Source: Lama glama (lineage: Eukaryota). Taken from it: DNA of 64,000 nt. The translations under genes were made by a program, and so were the position numbers. Location: NCBI GenBank assembly GCA_028534125.1, contig CM052842.1:9858001-9922000 (forward strand), read 5' to 3'. Below the pieces are notes generated by a model, which searched no databases, was not told where the DNA came from, and saw only the letters and a program-made list of their open reading frames with translations. This document shows, in pieces, positions 60,648 through 64,000 of this stretch; within the stretch, counting starts at the first letter, position 1, and every line of letters starts with the position of its first letter.

Positions 60648-60851
60648 CAGGAGCCACAAAGATTGGTGATAAGCCAGATAGTACGTATTTGAGGCTCTGC
60701 AGGCCACACATTGCTCTCACAACTACTCAACTCCATCACTGTGGCAGGCAATACTCAAACGAGTGGCATAGCTGTGTTCCAATAAAATTTTGTTTATAAA
60801 GTCAAGTGACGGGCCAGACTTAGAGTGTGGGCCATAGTTTGCTGATTCGTG
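60648..60851. mobile_element. MER58A-like MITE
   Basis: gccagatagtacgtatttgaggctctgcaggccac...gctgtgttccaataaaattttgttta...gggccatagtttgctga; flanks attcagag / gtttagag (6/8 TSD match). Confidence 0.9.
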
Positions 60852-60922
60852 GTTTAGAGCAAACACAACAGGATAGCTATTGAATGAGAATTGTTAGTGT
60901 GGCAGGCACTCCATATATTTTA

Positions 60923-61230
60923 CAGGAGATTATCTCGATAAATGGAGATTCAGGAGATGGAAGATAATGTGGGTTTAGTTCCAGACCACGGCAATGAAGC
61001 AACTCCCGTGAAGTTTTTCGGTTTCCCAGTGCATTTAAAAGTTATGTTTATACTGTACTGTCATCTATTAAGTGTGCAGTAACATTATGTCTAAAAAACA
61101 GTGCATTAAACTTGATTAAAACATAATTTATTGCTAAAAAAGGCTAACCACTGACAACGCAGGGTTGCCGCAAACCTTCAATTTGTACAACTGCAATGTC
61201 CACAAAGCACAATAAAACCGGGTACGCCTG
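60923..61230 (-). mobile_element. Tigger1-derived MITE (Tigger1a-like)
   Basis: gttccagaccacggcaat...ggtttcccagtgcatttaaaagttatgtttatact...gcagggttgccgcaaaccttcaatttgt...ggtacgcctg. Confidence 0.9.
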
Positions 61231-62057
61231 TGTCTTCTTCCTCTAACAGGGGTTTGTTGTGTTCTTACCACAGGGCTTCAGTGCAGCAAGAGACCAAACC
61301 CTTCTCCCGAGCTTACATGATGGGGAACCCGGTCTATACCCCTCCCCAGGAGAAACCATTACCCCTACTTTCCAGTTGAGGTGCAGAGAGAGAGCATCCT
61401 AGAGCTTGTGGGGGCGGAGAGCTGTGATTCCAGACCAGACCCCAAGTCTCAGTTCTTTTCACAGCTCCAATGCCATCCCTCGTATCAGAATCAGGACCCC
61501 TAATTCTAGCCCAGAGGCTGACTCTGCCAAGCTGTCATCCTGCGCCCAGCTAAACTGCGGCCGCTGGTGCAGCGCTGGCCCCCATTTCAATGCCCAAAGC
61601 AAGCCATGATGCAGTGGAAACCACCAACCTCTAAGAAATCCAAGAGGAGCTACTCTCTGGGGCATCCCGTGCAGGGTTGCCTCGTCTATGTCTGGGAAGC
61701 GGACATCCCAGAGCTCACAAGGGGCTCCAGATCCCAGCCCCTCCCATGAGGCCTCACAGACCTGGGCCTGGGGGAGCCCAGGAGCAGGAGGACGCAGCAG
61801 ACAAACACCGCCCTGCTGTCTGAAGGCCGCTGCCCAGGCCACTGTGCTCGAGCCGGCCGGTCATCCTCCTTTCATGGCTTTATGTGGCTTGGATCCTGAA
61901 ATAAAGGAGCTCTCTGCGGAAGGGAGTTAAGACAGGAAGGGAAAGAGAGTAGAAGAATGGACTTAATTCTTGAGTTTTCATTTGATGCTAGTTTTTAATC
62001 AACATTTCAACTACGCACAGTGGTGTAGGTATACACCGTTCCTCCTTTTTCGTAGAC

Positions 62058-62488
62058 CAGGGGTCAGCAGACTTTTCTGGTAAAGGGTCAGGTAGCAAAT
62101 ATTTTTGATTTTGTGGGCCTGTCATAACTACTCAACTGTGCTGTTACAGAGCGAAAACTCAGCACACATCGCCTGTAGCTGTGTAGATGATGCACAAATG
62201 AACGAGCATGGCTGTGTGTCAATAAAACTTTCTTTTTATAGACACTGAAGTCTAGATTTCCTATAATTTCCACGTTATGAAATGGTATTCTTCTTCTGAG
62301 TTCCTAAATTCAAAAAATGTAAACATGTTTACATTTAACTTACATCTCTTTTTAAAATGTACATCCAGAGGTGTAAAATTTTAAACATAAAAAGCATTTT
62401 AAAATGAAACGACGATTCTTAGTTTGTGGGCTGTCCAAAAGCAGCAGTGGCTGCATGCAGTCCCCAGGTCACAGTCTGCTGACCTCTG
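62058..62488. mobile_element. MER58B-like MITE
   Basis: TIRs caggggtcagcagac / gtctgctgacctctg; gtaaagggtcaggtagcaaatattt; gattcttagtttgtgggctgt. Confidence 0.9.
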
Positions 62489-62669
62489 TCCTGGATGACG
62501 CCACTGCAATACAGGAAGGTTCAACTCATGCCTTGATCACAGTTGCATAAGTGGCCGACCTGGGGGTCTAACCCAGAACCTAAGTCTGCAGGCCACTGGT
62601 GTAGAATTCCTAGGGCCACTGTGGCAAGAGGCTGTCTGCCTTTGGCAACTGCAGGTAGGACGGTAAAGG

Positions 62670-62885
62670 CTTTCATTCATTCTTTCATTCATTCAGTCAT
62701 TCATTCACTGATCCTTTAAAATGTGCAAAACCTGGTGATGTGACGTATTTATGTCCAGAACCTCTTTTAAGCCTAACCCTTGAGACAGTTGGTTTTTTAC
62801 GGTAGGTTCTCCCCATTTTCCAGACGAAAGGACTGAGGTGCAAAGAGAAGTCATGTTCTTTCCATTTTCTAAGCTGCTTAGTCAT
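62670..62885 (-). mobile_element. L2-type (TTCA)n tail followed by a MIR
   Basis: ttcattcattctttcattcattcag; ccccattttccagacgaaaggactgaggtgcaaagagaagtca. Confidence 0.65.
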
Positions 62886-63676
62886 TGCAGGGGTAAGAGC
62901 TTTTCCTCAAGGTACGCGCAGCACGAAACTAAAACGCACAAGGTAAGAAGGATAAAAAAGAGAGAGACTTTTTAAATTGAGAACTATGTCTACTGTTCCA
63001 GACGGGGCCAGTGGGAAAGGCTCAGTGGAGGGGCATTTGGAATAAACGGCTTTTCAACCCTTGGAGATAGAGCACCCTGGGCAGCAAGAAGCAGAAAGAA
63101 CAAGGTCCCAGAGAGGGAGGGCAGGCTGCGCGGACAGCCAGGGATTTACCGGGCTGTGCAAAAGTCACCGAAGACACTGGGGAGGTGGGCTGGGCTGGCC
63201 AGAGGAAGGCCTGAGACCCCCGCCTAGGGGCAGGGCTGAGGTTCCGGAAGCTGGGGATTCCTAGGAGCCATCTACTCTTACATGACCATTAGACAAAGGC
63301 CAGCACCTCCGGTGAGCAGCACAATTCTGGGGAGTTCCAGAAGATGTGGGAAGAGGACATTCAAAGAGGGTGGGGAAGAAAATTCAACACCGAGGCGGGG
63401 CTGAGCACCAGCTGGAATTTCTCAGCCTGAGAGTCCGCAGCCCCCGCGGTGCTGGGGGTTTTGCTCGGCCCGCCTTCCTGCCCTAACAGGGTGGGCGGCG
63501 AGGGTGGAGGTGGGTACCACTTCCAGGCTGAAAGCTGAGGCGCAGGCTGCACAGAGAGGAGGAGAGCGCTGTCCAGTCCTTGAGCCTGGGGAGCCCCAGC
63601 CTTTTCAGACCCCTCTTACCTCCTGATCCTCACATCCTACTTGACAACGGGGAAACTGAAAACCTGAGATCATAAA

Positions 63677-63950
63677 GTTTTTTGTTTGTTTGTGTTTTTT
63701 GTTTCTTTTTTTTTTTAATTTTCTCTTATTAAAGTACAGTTGTGTACAATGTTGTGTTAGTTTCTGGTGTACAGCATAGTGATTCAGTTAGACATATATA
63801 TACATTCTTTCTCTTTACAGGTTATTAGTGAATATAGTTCCCTGTGCTATACAGCAGGACCTTGCTGTTTATCTATTCTGTACATAGTAGTTTGTATCTG
63901 CTAATCTCAAACTCCTAATTTATACCCCCTCTTCCCCCTTTAGTAATCAT
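63677..63950 (-). mobile_element. Young cetartiodactyl L1 3' UTR with poly(T) tail
   Basis: tacaatgttgtgttagtttctggtgtacagcatagtgattcagtta...gaatatagttccctgtgctatacagcaggaccttg. Confidence 0.92.
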
Positions 63951-64000
63951 ATGATCCAGCAATCCCAGTCTTGGGCATATAGCCAGGGAAATTCCAATTC
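63948..64000 (+). mobile_element. L1 ORF2 C-terminal fragment in opposite orientation (runs off the window)
   Basis: catatgatccagcaatcccagtcttgggcatatagcca reads YDPAIPVLGI*P, matching the L1 ORF2 motif PYDPAIPLLGIYP. Confidence 0.85.

Noticed and set aside
1-64000. tRNA/snRNA genes, CRISPR arrays, NUMTs, non-retroviral endogenous viral elements
   Set aside because: tRNA-like stretches are MIR heads. I saw no repeat-spacer array and no mitochondrial or viral protein signature; very diverged cases cannot be excluded without tRNAscan, Infernal or BLASTX.

Overview
This is 64 kb of placental-mammal genomic DNA with no recognisable protein-coding exon, RNA gene, processed pseudogene or CRISPR array. 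It is intergenic or deep intronic. Much of it is ancient eutherian repeat debris: about 35-40 MIR fragments, about 20 L2 fragments, L3, old L1M pieces, MaLR/MLT1 and LTR16 LTRs, and hAT/Tigger MITEs. The young L1 3' ends (11135-11340, 63677-64000), an artiodactyl-type ERV1 solo LTR and the absence of Alu, B1/B2, Bov-tA/ART2A, PRE-1, CHR-2 and SINEC point to a cetartiodactyl, most likely a camelid (inference). Repeat subfamily names come from my recollection of consensus sequences, not from a search, and boundaries of old repeats are approximate (+/-20-50 bp). I found no convincing new biological system. The best leads are: (1) a TSD-flanked ancient L1 that keeps its 5' and 3' ends but has lost several kb of interior; (2) a dense POU/SOX/homeobox motif cluster at about 37.65-37.8 kb and an RFX/OTX/ONECUT/MEIS cluster at about 44.7 kb, both candidate neural enhancers; (3) a twin-primed (5'-inverted) young L1 at the right edge; (4) an intact ERV1 solo LTR nested in an LTR16; and (5) signs of AT-to-GC drift in the repeats.
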